NCBI GenBank assembly: GCA_965203805.1
Contig: OZ241917.1
Coordinates: 3,776,001 to 3,840,000, forward strand
From: Candidatus Latescibacterota bacterium
Lineage (GTDB): Bacteria > Latescibacterota > UBA2968 > GCA-2709665
Length of the DNA stretch: 64,000 bases
Direction of reading: 5' to 3'
Shown here in pieces: positions 11,060-19,909 of this stretch (positions within the stretch are counted from its first letter, which is position 1; every line of letters starts with the position of its first letter). The notes under the pieces are model-generated. The model worked only from the letters and a program-made list of their open reading frames with translations, did not search any database and was not told where the DNA came from. The position numbers and the translations under genes were made by a program.

Positions 11060-12165
11060 AGTACCCGAAGTGGCGGTCAGACCGACCCGTTGACGGGTGT
11101 GGGAATCGCACCGAGTGTTTGTCGTCGGTGGTGCTGTGGATGAAGCGCCGGAACTCCATTCGGCCTCACTGTTGTCGGTCACGGTGTTGGTGCATCATCA
11201 TAGCAATCCAGCAATTGAGGTCCTAGGGCAGGGCGATGGCGATGTAGCCTCAGTTGCCGACCAAGTCATACGGGGGCACGCGCAAGGCATTGACGCCGTT
11301 TATGAGTTGCTCCATGACTTTCTCGTGATCACATCGCTGGTTGGCACACGCGACGACGATGTCTTGGGGCTAACGTCCGTGCGCGTGGTGATATAGGAGA
11401 AATTACGGTACTCGTCGAACAGGACAAAGTCACCCTTCCTTTTGCTGATGTTCTTGCGCAGAACCGAGACGCCATACCCACGTTGACAGCGCAAGGGTTG
11501 TTAGTTGAACTCGGCCGGGTGTTCTTGGTTCAGGACCATGTTGGCGGAGGCCCGCGTGTGGTCGATGTGCTGTTTCCCAGGGGGGTAGTTGCGCTTGTGG
11601 TCGGTCACGGTGTGATAACGGGGTTCGCGTTGCGGGCTCTGCCATTGTGCCTGGTCGAAGGCTCAGCACAGGAACCATCGCCGCATTGGCGTCCATCTCG
11701 AAGATGAAGTCGACGTTTTTCGCCCAGCGATCCAAATGTCTGGTCAAGGAAAATTCGGTGTCGCCTCGTACACACATACGCTTGGCGTGGGACTGTACCA
11801 GGGCGATCGCGGCGTGTCGATACACTGTGCTGAGTCGGTGTGGCTGGGCACATTCCCCTGTCGATTGACCAGGAAAAGCACTTCCTTCGTGTTGGCCAGT
11901 GAGATCACCAGCGGATGGTAGCCCCAGGTGCCCTTGTATGAAATGTCCACACCGGTTTTGCGCTTTCCATACGTCGGCACGTTTGTGCCCTCTACGTCGA
12001 TACAGGTAATGTCACCAAGCAAGTTGCGCCCTCGCGATGCCAAAAACGGAGATCGCATCGCATTGATGTACGCCATTAGTTCGAAGATGTCTCGTTCCGA
12101 GAGGTGCCAGCAAGAGTCACCCGCTGTGGCCGGATCGGGTATCGACTCAGCACCTAAGGCATTTT
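11060..12165 (-). pseudogene. IS1380-family transposase, frameshifted and decayed
   Basis: Fragments in several frames: ALGAESIPDPATAG, IDVEGT..PTYG.RK.GVDISYKGTWGYHPLVISLANT.EVL.LVNRQGNVPSH, VRGDTEFS, RCDHEKVMEQL.NGV. Confidence 0.85.
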
Positions 12166-12368
12166 TGAACCAAAACGGCTGTATATCTGGTTACTGGCGT
12201 GTAGCCAGTAAATGATCCGCGGGCGGTAAATGTGCATCTATGTCACGACTGTTATCGGACTCTCGTCGGGAGATGCGGCGCGGGTGGATTTCGGCACGTG
12301 TCTGCCTTAGGCCTCAATTTCGCCCTCCCTCTCTGGCCCCGTTACCGACTATATTTGAGGTAAGCAGC

Positions 12369-13382
12369 ATGAAGCGGCTTATTTCGGGTGTTCCGTTCAG
12401 CGATTGTGAATATTACCCGTGTGGTCACGTCGCATTAGATGCCCTACTTGGCTTCTACGGTTACGCCACACCACTGGTTCTACACGACCAGTGGATACTT
12501 CTTTACCAGCGCCCACAAAACGGTAAGGTTCGCATTAAGACGCGTGTCGATTCCGAGCTTCAAAGCTTAAAACAAGTGGGAATCGGTGTCGTAACACATC
12601 GCGAACGCGATAGTGAGACTGCTTGGAAGGAACTAAAATCGAGGATTGATGACGAAAGACCCGTCGCCGCGATGCTTGATACGTTTAACCTTGAGATGTA
12701 TTATTATCCAGGTCTCGGGCACCATTCGGGCCATTACGTGATTGTCGATGGATACGACGAATCGTTACAAACAGTCCATATCGTGGATCCCTCTTGGATT
12801 GTTCGATTTCGAGGAGATCTGCCGTTTTCGGGGTTCAGAGAGGGTTGGGGGTCGAAGCATATTCCACAGTACAAATGGATGGAATTCAAGATATCAGAGC
12901 CACGTTGGTCAGTCTCCGCCGACTGGATATTTGCAACCCTCCGACGAAATATAAAAATGATGCATTTGAAAGAGGTACCGTCGCCCGAAGTATTCGTCGG
13001 ACTGAACGGAATGAAAACTCTCTCGGAAGACCTTAACCGCTGGAATGAGGGGGGTGACAATAAAGCGCCGGCGTATTTGAAGCAAATGTACGATCAGATC
13101 CGGTTCCTTATTATCGAAAGGGACGGTCATGGTAGGTTCCTTAAACTGGCTGCTGACATACTTGGTTTGCCGATGTTGGCAAACGTCGGAGAAGATCTCC
13201 GCACCCTAACTCAGAAATGGATTGTTTTCAGAAATCTCTGTCTGCAAGGGTACCGGAGAAACCCACCCGGGATATTTGAAAAGCTTCTCGCGCGCATTCT
13301 GGAGCTTGAATCTTTGGAAGAAGCTGCGCTTGATGGATTGCGGGAGATTGTAGAAGCAAGAGAACGCAGAGAATGTAAGTAA
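12369..13382 (+). CDS. BtrH-like / papain-fold (C39-like) acyltransferase or peptidase
   Basis: Candidate Cys-His-Asp triad: YYPCGH, SGHYVIVDGYD, VHIVDP; GAGGT RBS before ATG 12369 (the ORF-track start at 12240 is likely too long). Confidence 0.75.
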   Translation: MKRLISGVPFSDCEYYPCGHVALDALLGFYGYATPLVLHDQWILLYQRPQNGKVRIKTRVDSELQSLKQVGIGVVTHRERDSETAWKELKSRIDDERPVAAMLDTFNLEMYYYPGLGHHSGHYVIVDGYDESLQTVHIVDPSWIVRFRGDLPFSGFREGWGSKHIPQYKWMEFKISEPRWSVSADWIFATLRRNIKMMHLKEVPSPEVFVGLNGMKTLSEDLNRWNEGGDNKAPAYLKQMYDQIRFLIIERDGHGRFLKLAADILGLPMLANVGEDLRTLTQKWIVFRNLCLQGYRRNPPGIFEKLLARILELESLEEAALDGLREIVEARERRECK

Positions 13383-13530
13383 TCTTGCTCACGCGATAGG
13401 TGTCTCAAGTATAACGTGAGCTTGAAATGTCCTATCGTGACGATCGCGGCCGCTAATGATAAGGTTTGAGCGGTCATTTTGGTTTTGCCAGAGTTAAGGC
13501 GTGGTTCCTGAACGGCGCCGGTTTGGTGAT

Positions 13531-13734
13531 TCACTGAAGGAGGGATTTGATTAGAGGAACAACGACGCATGCCAGGACAACGCCAAGCGTCCACTTGATC
13601 AGCTTGATGTCGCTTTGCATTGCTGATAGCTTCTGCTCGAAATCGGCTATTTCTTCGGCGGCTTCGCTGGCGGCTTCTTCCGGGGCGCCGGCGGCGACCA
13701 GAGCGGCGTATGTCTTCGAAAGCATGATGGGCAT
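13531..13734 (-). CDS. Small coiled-coil + C-terminal TM protein (DUF1640/CCDC90-like)
   Basis: YAALVAAGAPEEAA.EAAEEIA..MQSDIKLIKWTLGVVLA pattern; AGGAAGGG RBS. Confidence 0.7.
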   Translation of the reverse strand: MPIMLSKTYAALVAAGAPEEAASEAAEEIADFEQKLSAMQSDIKLIKWTLGVVLACVVVPLIKSLLQ

Positions 13735-14089
13735 TTGCTATCCCTTCCTATTGAATGTTGGAGAATGGTACAATGCCCTTGACACGCAGATCATCGAGGC
13801 CTTGTCCATTCGTCAGGAGCCATCGATACAAGATACACACTTGCCGCCTAATTGAAAAGATACTTGGTCGTTCACGCGAGTACGGTTTGCAGGAATCTCT
13901 GGTCTTGGCCTGTCGTACGATCCCTGTGCCAGTGTCCTGTCCCAGAAATACCTCACCATTCTTCCGCAGGTTCATCCCGTCTCGCTGCGTTGCCATCGCT
14001 CGCCGACCGTGCCAGGTCGGTGGCGCCTTGCGAGCCGGGCGACTCTGCGGCCGAATTCAGGCAACTTTTTTCCGGGACAGAACATCAGG

Positions 14090-15352
14090 TCATTCAATAT
14101 ATCCCAGGTTTCTCAATCTTGACGCCAGAATGTCGGCCTCGGCCCGTGTGGTTTCCTGTGCCTGAAGGTGTTTGTAATTCGACCCGTTCAGGATCTCGTT
14201 CCGGACAGCCCTGTACGGACCGGGATCTTCGCACCGCAGGTTTGCACCGCCGAACACGTCCCGCAGCACATAGTCCTCGCCGTCCTCTCCTTCTCTGTAG
14301 AATACCCGTCCGTCCGAAATCGACCACATCCGTAAACCATCGACGTCCCGCTTCAGTTCCACGCCGTCCATCGCCACGCGCGAAGTCACCCGTTCGCGGG
14401 CGACCTCCAGGTTTCCCGGATTCAGGAATCCCGAGCCGTAGGAATTGTCGAGTTCCGAATACACCCAGCGGCGCCGAAAGGGTTCCGCACTCCCCAGAAA
14501 ATCCAGGCCATATCCATTATAGTCTACCTCGAGTCCGGCCAGGTTGACGATCGTGGGGAACAGATCGATCATCGACATGGGCCCCTCCGGCAACCTCAAC
14601 CCGTCGTGTGCCGGAACGGATGCCAGCAGCGGCACGTGGATTACGTTCTCATGCAGGAAATCACCGTGCGCCATCACCTCGCCGCAGAAACCCTCGCCAT
14701 GGTCTCCAAGGACAAATACCGCCCAATCGTCCAGGTCCACTCGCTTGAGGATCTCCACGAGCAGGAATTCCTGTACGTGCGTCGCCGCCGCGTAATAGAA
14801 CCGCAGCGCCTCTTTCGCGCGCCCCGCATCCACCAGCGCTTTCAGGTTCGGCGCACCTCGAATCCCCCTCGCCCCGTACCCGCCGTGGGTATACCAGAAA
14901 TGCAGAAAACAGAACCGGGGCCGGTCCTCTCCGTCGAACGTCGTATGCAACAGGTCTTCCATGGATCCCAGATGCTGGTCTTTCGCGGCGGGATCCATCG
15001 GTCCGATAAACCGCTCATAGTCCAGAAACCGGAAAACGTCCCTGCGCTCGGACCGGGCATGGATTTCGAACCCCGCATCCGAAAACAGCTGAAACAGATT
15101 CGGTATCCCGGCGAACATCTTCAGATACGTCTGCCCGTTCAATCCGTGCTCAAATGCATATAACCCCGTGAACAGGGACGTGTGAGACGGGCGCGTTGCC
15201 GGGGCCGTCACGAAAAACCGCTCGCCGAAAGCGAAGTCCCTGGTCAGCACGTCGAACTTTGGCGTGTTCAGCCGGCGATTGACCCGGCTCACCGCGTCGT
15301 ACCGCAGGCAGTCGACGGAGATCAGAAGAAACTTGTCAACCGGGCGACCCAT
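14090..15352 (-). CDS. Sulfatase-like / alkaline-phosphatase superfamily hydrolase
   Basis: LLISVDCLRYD, APATRPSHTSLFTG, LGDHGE..HG..L...IHVPL, C-terminal RLRNLGYIE. Confidence 0.85.
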   Translation of the reverse strand: MGRPVDKFLLISVDCLRYDAVSRVNRRLNTPKFDVLTRDFAFGERFFVTAPATRPSHTSLFTGLYAFEHGLNGQTYLKMFAGIPNLFQLFSDAGFEIHARSERRDVFRFLDYERFIGPMDPAAKDQHLGSMEDLLHTTFDGEDRPRFCFLHFWYTHGGYGARGIRGAPNLKALVDAGRAKEALRFYYAAATHVQEFLLVEILKRVDLDDWAVFVLGDHGEGFCGEVMAHGDFLHENVIHVPLLASVPAHDGLRLPEGPMSMIDLFPTIVNLAGLEVDYNGYGLDFLGSAEPFRRRWVYSELDNSYGSGFLNPGNLEVARERVTSRVAMDGVELKRDVDGLRMWSISDGRVFYREGEDGEDYVLRDVFGGANLRCEDPGPYRAVRNEILNGSNYKHLQAQETTRAEADILASRLRNLGYIE

Positions 15353-15474
15353 AGCAATTCGAAATTCGCATGAATGGACAGGAAGGACCGGATAAGAACC
15401 CAAAAGCCGGAAGACTCCAATTAAGTCCAGAATTCGCCTTTTGGCAAGTACATCAGTTCCGATTTATTCATAAG

Positions 15475-15502
15475 TTGACATCCGCCGGATCGCACTTATC
15501 AT
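15475..15502 (+). promoter_or_regulatory. Putative sigma70 promoter for the 15.5-26.1 kb gene run
   Basis: TTGACA-N16-TATCAT just upstream of ATG 15517/15526. Confidence 0.5.
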
Positions 15503-15516
15503 GTTGCTCATTCTCA

Positions 15517-16605
15517 ATGACGAATATGAACTCAATAAAGCGCGGGTTCGATCTGCGCGGCACGCTCGAATGCGGCTGGAATATCTTCAAACGCAAGGGA
15601 TATTCGAATCATCCGCGGGACATATCGGTCAACCACGACTATATCGACCACCTTGCCGAGTCCGGCCTGAACTGCATTGTCGTGTTCTGGACCAATGCCG
15701 GAGGTTTCAACGACGCCTGGCATGAGGCGGTCGAACATGCGCACGCCGTCGGTCTGAAGCTCATCCGCGCCATCTACGGATTCAGCGGCGGCGGTTCCGA
15801 ATACACCATGGCGGAACCGGACGCGCCTGCGCACCTGCTGCGGACCGGCGTGAAGGGGCCGGATATCGCCCTCTGTCCGCACGACGCTGAAACACGCGCC
15901 TGGATGGGTGATATTCTGGCCGATCGACTCGCGCCCGGCGTGGACGGCATCGACATCGAGCCCGCGCGTGAAATCGGCCGTAACTGCGTATGCGACCGCT
16001 GCAGGATCCTTCGCCCCTATCAGTGGGACGCCTTTGTAATCGGTATTATCGCCGAACGCCTGTACGCCATCAAACCGGATGCCGAAATCCTGCTGCACCT
16101 CAGCATGGCGACCGATAGACCCGGAAAACAGCAGATGTCGACGGACCTCCAGGGTCTGCCCGAATCCATCCGCCACATTTTCGCCTGGGGCGCTGACGAC
16201 GAATCAAGCCTCGTCGACTGGCTGGACGCCGATCCCAGATTCGAACCCTTCGCCAAACTCGGCCGCGTCCTTCTGTTTCCGGATGGGACGACGCCGGTCC
16301 TCTCCGTCCAGGAGCGCGTTGCACGCACCTTTCGGTGGTGCAAGCTGGCCGCGGATCGGGGGAAGACCGGCTATCTGTTTGACTACCGCATCTTCGGCGG
16401 AAGGGAGTGGCAGGGGCACGAGGCGGATGTCCCCCGGACCCGAACGGGCGGCAAACGGCCCGCATCGGTCACACTGATGGGTGCGGCTATGAAGAATCCG
16501 TATCTGGATGAAGCGGGACGGCATGAACTTATCGCCCGCCTGAAGTCCGAGTGCGACTGGGATCTGGATCATCCCGCTCGCTTCTACAATTCACCCGCCG
16601 GATAA
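15517..16605 (+). CDS. Hypothetical protein, probable glycoside-hydrolase-like TIM barrel with Cys cluster
   Basis: YIDHLAESGLNCIVVF, ALCP, VDGIDIEP..NCVCDRC; GC-rich coding-like codon use. Confidence 0.6.
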   Translation: MTNMNSIKRGFDLRGTLECGWNIFKRKGYSNHPRDISVNHDYIDHLAESGLNCIVVFWTNAGGFNDAWHEAVEHAHAVGLKLIRAIYGFSGGGSEYTMAEPDAPAHLLRTGVKGPDIALCPHDAETRAWMGDILADRLAPGVDGIDIEPAREIGRNCVCDRCRILRPYQWDAFVIGIIAERLYAIKPDAEILLHLSMATDRPGKQQMSTDLQGLPESIRHIFAWGADDESSLVDWLDADPRFEPFAKLGRVLLFPDGTTPVLSVQERVARTFRWCKLAADRGKTGYLFDYRIFGGREWQGHEADVPRTRTGGKRPASVTLMGAAMKNPYLDEAGRHELIARLKSECDWDLDHPARFYNSPAG

Positions 16606-16623
16606 AGTCTCCCATTCAATTCA

Positions 16624-18591
16624 ATGCCGGAAACGTCCAGGCCTCTCATCGCCCCCCAGACTGAATCCGCGTTGGTTCCCGCCCCCCGCGGCGTCACGCT
16701 CCGGTCCCTTTTTCTGGCCATTCTCGTCTCCGTCGCCGCCTGCCTGTGGGTGAACTACATCGAGTACGTCATCCATGCCTCCCGAATGACCCTCAGCCAC
16801 TTTCCCATGGGTTCGCTGATGGTCTACCTGGCGCTGGCCCTGATTCTCAATCCGCTGTGCAAAAAACTCGCCGCGAGTTATGCGCTCTCGCCCACGGAAC
16901 TCAAGGTTATCCTGGCCGGCGGTCTGGTTGGCGGCGCCATCCCTTCGGTTGGGCTGACGGGCTATTTTCTGGGCGCGATCGCCGCGCCGTACTATTTCGC
17001 AACACCGGTGAACCAGTGGGGCGAGTTCTTCCACCCCTACATTCCCCAATGGCTGGCGCCGCGCAATGTCAATCACGCGCTGGACCACCTGTTTGAAGGC
17101 GGTCCGCCCGGCATGGACATTCCCTGGGACGTCTGGTACATCCCCCTTGCCGCGTGGATGGCGTTGATTACGGCCCTCTTCGTGGCCTCGACAAGCCTGT
17201 CGGTCATTCTTCGGAAACAATGGGTGGAAAGCGAACGGCTGAGTTACCCGATCCTGCGCCCGGTTCTGGATCTCACCGACCCGGTGAAGCCCGGTTTTTC
17301 AAGGCGTTTCTGGATCGGTTTCGCCGTTGCCCTGGGAATTATCAGCTGGAACATGATCCACTACTTTGTACCCGGATTTCCGCAGATTCCCAATATCCGC
17401 TGGGGTCCCTGGGTGCATTTCGAACGATACTTTCCCGGTATCTGGACCCGCGTCAATATGTTCACCATCTCCTTCGCCTACTTCGCCAACATCGACGTTC
17501 TCTTCAGCCTGTGGTTCTTCTGTGTCCTCTTCATCCTTCGAAGCGGCGTCCTCAACCGATACGGATTTAACGCCAGCAGCACCTATACGACAACGGGCGA
17601 ATTTGCCTGGCTTCAACTCGGCGGATTCGTCACGCTGGTCGGCTGGGGATTGTGGATCGCGCGACACCATCTGAGATCGGTGATGAGGATCGCCATCGGC
17701 CGAAGCGCGCCCCTGGACGATGCTGACGAAATGATGAGATACCGCACGGCCGTGCTCGGTTTTATCCTGAGCACCCTTTTCGCCATATTCTGGTTCTGGC
17801 GCGCCGGTATGGGGTTCGGGGTTGCTTGCCTGTCCGTTCTGGCGACTCTGATCATTTTCCTTGGCGTCTCCCGAATCGTGGCCGAAGTCGGCCTGGTGTT
17901 TGTCTGCACGCCGATCGGCCAGCAGGAAATCGTCACCCGGCTGATCGGGCCGAGGAATCTCTCCGGACCCAGCCTTACCGTGCTCGCCTTTTCGAATGCT
18001 CTCACCTCGTTCGGGAAGGGCCTGTTCATGCCCTCCGTCGTCCACGCCACGAAAATCGCCGACCTCTGTCCTCGCGAAGACCGCCCCCGGGTCCTGACCG
18101 CAATCTTCCTGGCGTTTGCCGCGGGCGTGGCTGCGTCCATCGCCTACACCTTGTACCTGGGATACACGCACGGGGCCTACAATTTCAACGATTTTCCTTT
18201 CACTCGATACAGCCGGAGCGGCTTCGCGAATGCGCTTTCGAAAATGAAGGATCCGGCGGTCGAGACCAATATCCGCCCGATCCTTCTGGGCATCGGCGCC
18301 GCGGTCATGTCCGCCCTGACCTTCCTCAAATACCGCTTTCCCTGGTGGCCGCTGCACCCGGTGGGCTTTGCCATTGCCGGCATCTCATACGTCCATTTTT
18401 CCACTTTTTCCGTGTTCATCGCGTGGTGCATCAAATTCATCATCCTTCGCATCGGCGCCGCCGCCCTGTATCGACGTTATATCCCGTTTTTTCTGGGGGT
18501 CCTGACGGGCTATACCGCCGGCGTGGGGCTCTCCCTCGTCGTGGACATCATCTGGTTCCCCGGCGCGGGCCATTCAATACACGGGTACTAA
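16624..18591 (+). CDS. DUF6785/DUF6784-family multi-pass membrane protein (OPT-like putative transporter)
   Basis: GVTLRS.., HFPMG, LRKQWVESERLSYPI, RIVAEVG, Y.HGA.N, PWWPLHPVGF, GAAALYRR..PFFLG; many TM helices. Confidence 0.8.
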   Translation: MPETSRPLIAPQTESALVPAPRGVTLRSLFLAILVSVAACLWVNYIEYVIHASRMTLSHFPMGSLMVYLALALILNPLCKKLAASYALSPTELKVILAGGLVGGAIPSVGLTGYFLGAIAAPYYFATPVNQWGEFFHPYIPQWLAPRNVNHALDHLFEGGPPGMDIPWDVWYIPLAAWMALITALFVASTSLSVILRKQWVESERLSYPILRPVLDLTDPVKPGFSRRFWIGFAVALGIISWNMIHYFVPGFPQIPNIRWGPWVHFERYFPGIWTRVNMFTISFAYFANIDVLFSLWFFCVLFILRSGVLNRYGFNASSTYTTTGEFAWLQLGGFVTLVGWGLWIARHHLRSVMRIAIGRSAPLDDADEMMRYRTAVLGFILSTLFAIFWFWRAGMGFGVACLSVLATLIIFLGVSRIVAEVGLVFVCTPIGQQEIVTRLIGPRNLSGPSLTVLAFSNALTSFGKGLFMPSVVHATKIADLCPREDRPRVLTAIFLAFAAGVAASIAYTLYLGYTHGAYNFNDFPFTRYSRSGFANALSKMKDPAVETNIRPILLGIGAAVMSALTFLKYRFPWWPLHPVGFAIAGISYVHFSTFSVFIAWCIKFIILRIGAAALYRRYIPFFLGVLTGYTAGVGLSLVVDIIWFPGAGHSIHGY

Positions 18592-18622
18592 GGTATCGAG
18601 CGGGAATCCGGGAGATGCCGTT

Positions 18623-19861
18623 ATGGTTGACATCCATCAGACGTTCAACTGGCACGATATCCATGGGAACCAGGACTATGTCGTCGGAGAAGACGGCTAC
18701 CTGAAAATGGACGCATCCAGGACGCCGGTCCAATGTCACCGTCAACTCAAAGAGAAGATCACCAACAGGTCCGGCTCCCTTGAACTGGCCATGAGAGTTG
18801 TGCTGGACGAGCCGGAATACCACACCCTTTACACGCTGCGCCTTTACGACAGTGCGGGCCGCCCGGCCATCGTCTGTCACATCCGGAGGGACGGCCGGCT
18901 GCTGTTCCAGGGCAGGAACGAACTGATGGATTCCGGCAGGGTACTCACGTTCCAGGGCAACTGTCCTTTCAACGATCGCACCAGGCGCAAATGGTACGTC
19001 GTCGAATCCGATGAACACACGTACACCTTCGAAGCGTTCGACTTTGCAAACCAGACCGCCGTGTTTCTTCTGGACGGCCGACAACCCGTCACCGTACCGT
19101 TCCGGAACCCTGTCCGGGATATCGCAAAACTGGAACTCCGGACCGGCGGTGTCGGAATCGGCCGGTATATCCGCGTGAAACATATGAAGCAGTTCGTCGG
19201 CGGCGAACAGATCGATCGGGAAGACCACCCGCTCTGCTGGAAACCGGTCCCGCCGCCCCGCGACGGGGAACCGGACGACAACGTCTGTGAAAGCAGGCTC
19301 AGACCCGTTGAAAACCGATGGCTTGAGGTCATCACCCGGTACGGATTCGTAACAACGACCTTTCCGGTGATCCCGAAGGGAACGCTGGAATTCGACGTCA
19401 AATCCCCGGACGTATCGGCGGAAGCCTGCATCCTGCTGGGCGAATGCGACGGCTCCATCAAGTGTTTTCGCAAGATTCAGACGGGCATCCTGACAAACCG
19501 AATGACCATTGCCACCGGTCATCCCGAGCCGGGTTTCAATACGTTCGACAACTCCGTCGCTCCCGAAAACGACCGGGCGTACCGGTTCAGGATCGCATGG
19601 GATGCGGAGACCAACAAGCAGCGGATCTGGATCGACGACGTTCCACAGATATACCTCGGCGAAACGGAGATCGAAATCCACGGCCTATGGGGCAGGGACA
19701 ACCGGATGACGCGGGGAATCGACACCATCTCCCTGCATCCCGGCCTGCTCGGGACCGCGCGTCTCACGTCCATCCAGAAAGCAGAAGGCCGGACGCTCGA
19801 AAACCCGCCGGAGCCCCTTCGCACCTGGTGGGGCAGTTTCAGGCTGCGAGCCCTGGTATAA
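18623..19861 (+). CDS. Hypothetical protein (possibly two beta-sandwich domains)
   Basis: 412-aa ORF with GGAG RBS, co-oriented within the gene run. Confidence 0.65.
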   Translation: MVDIHQTFNWHDIHGNQDYVVGEDGYLKMDASRTPVQCHRQLKEKITNRSGSLELAMRVVLDEPEYHTLYTLRLYDSAGRPAIVCHIRRDGRLLFQGRNELMDSGRVLTFQGNCPFNDRTRRKWYVVESDEHTYTFEAFDFANQTAVFLLDGRQPVTVPFRNPVRDIAKLELRTGGVGIGRYIRVKHMKQFVGGEQIDREDHPLCWKPVPPPRDGEPDDNVCESRLRPVENRWLEVITRYGFVTTTFPVIPKGTLEFDVKSPDVSAEACILLGECDGSIKCFRKIQTGILTNRMTIATGHPEPGFNTFDNSVAPENDRAYRFRIAWDAETNKQRIWIDDVPQIYLGETEIEIHGLWGRDNRMTRGIDTISLHPGLLGTARLTSIQKAEGRTLENPPEPLRTWWGSFRLRALV

Positions 19862-19909
19862 CCATTGTGAGTCGAAGCAAGCCGACGCGCCGAATCGCGA
19901 AAGGTAGAT

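Noticed and set aside
13445-13500. Possible integron attC site (GCTAAT..GTTAAGG)
   Set aside because: Inner L/R box complementarity is not convincing, there is no second similar site and no integron integrase in the window
13748-13996. Possible HigB/RelE toxin remnant (FSIRRQVCILYRW)
   Set aside because: Similarity is limited to a few residues and there is no antitoxin next to it
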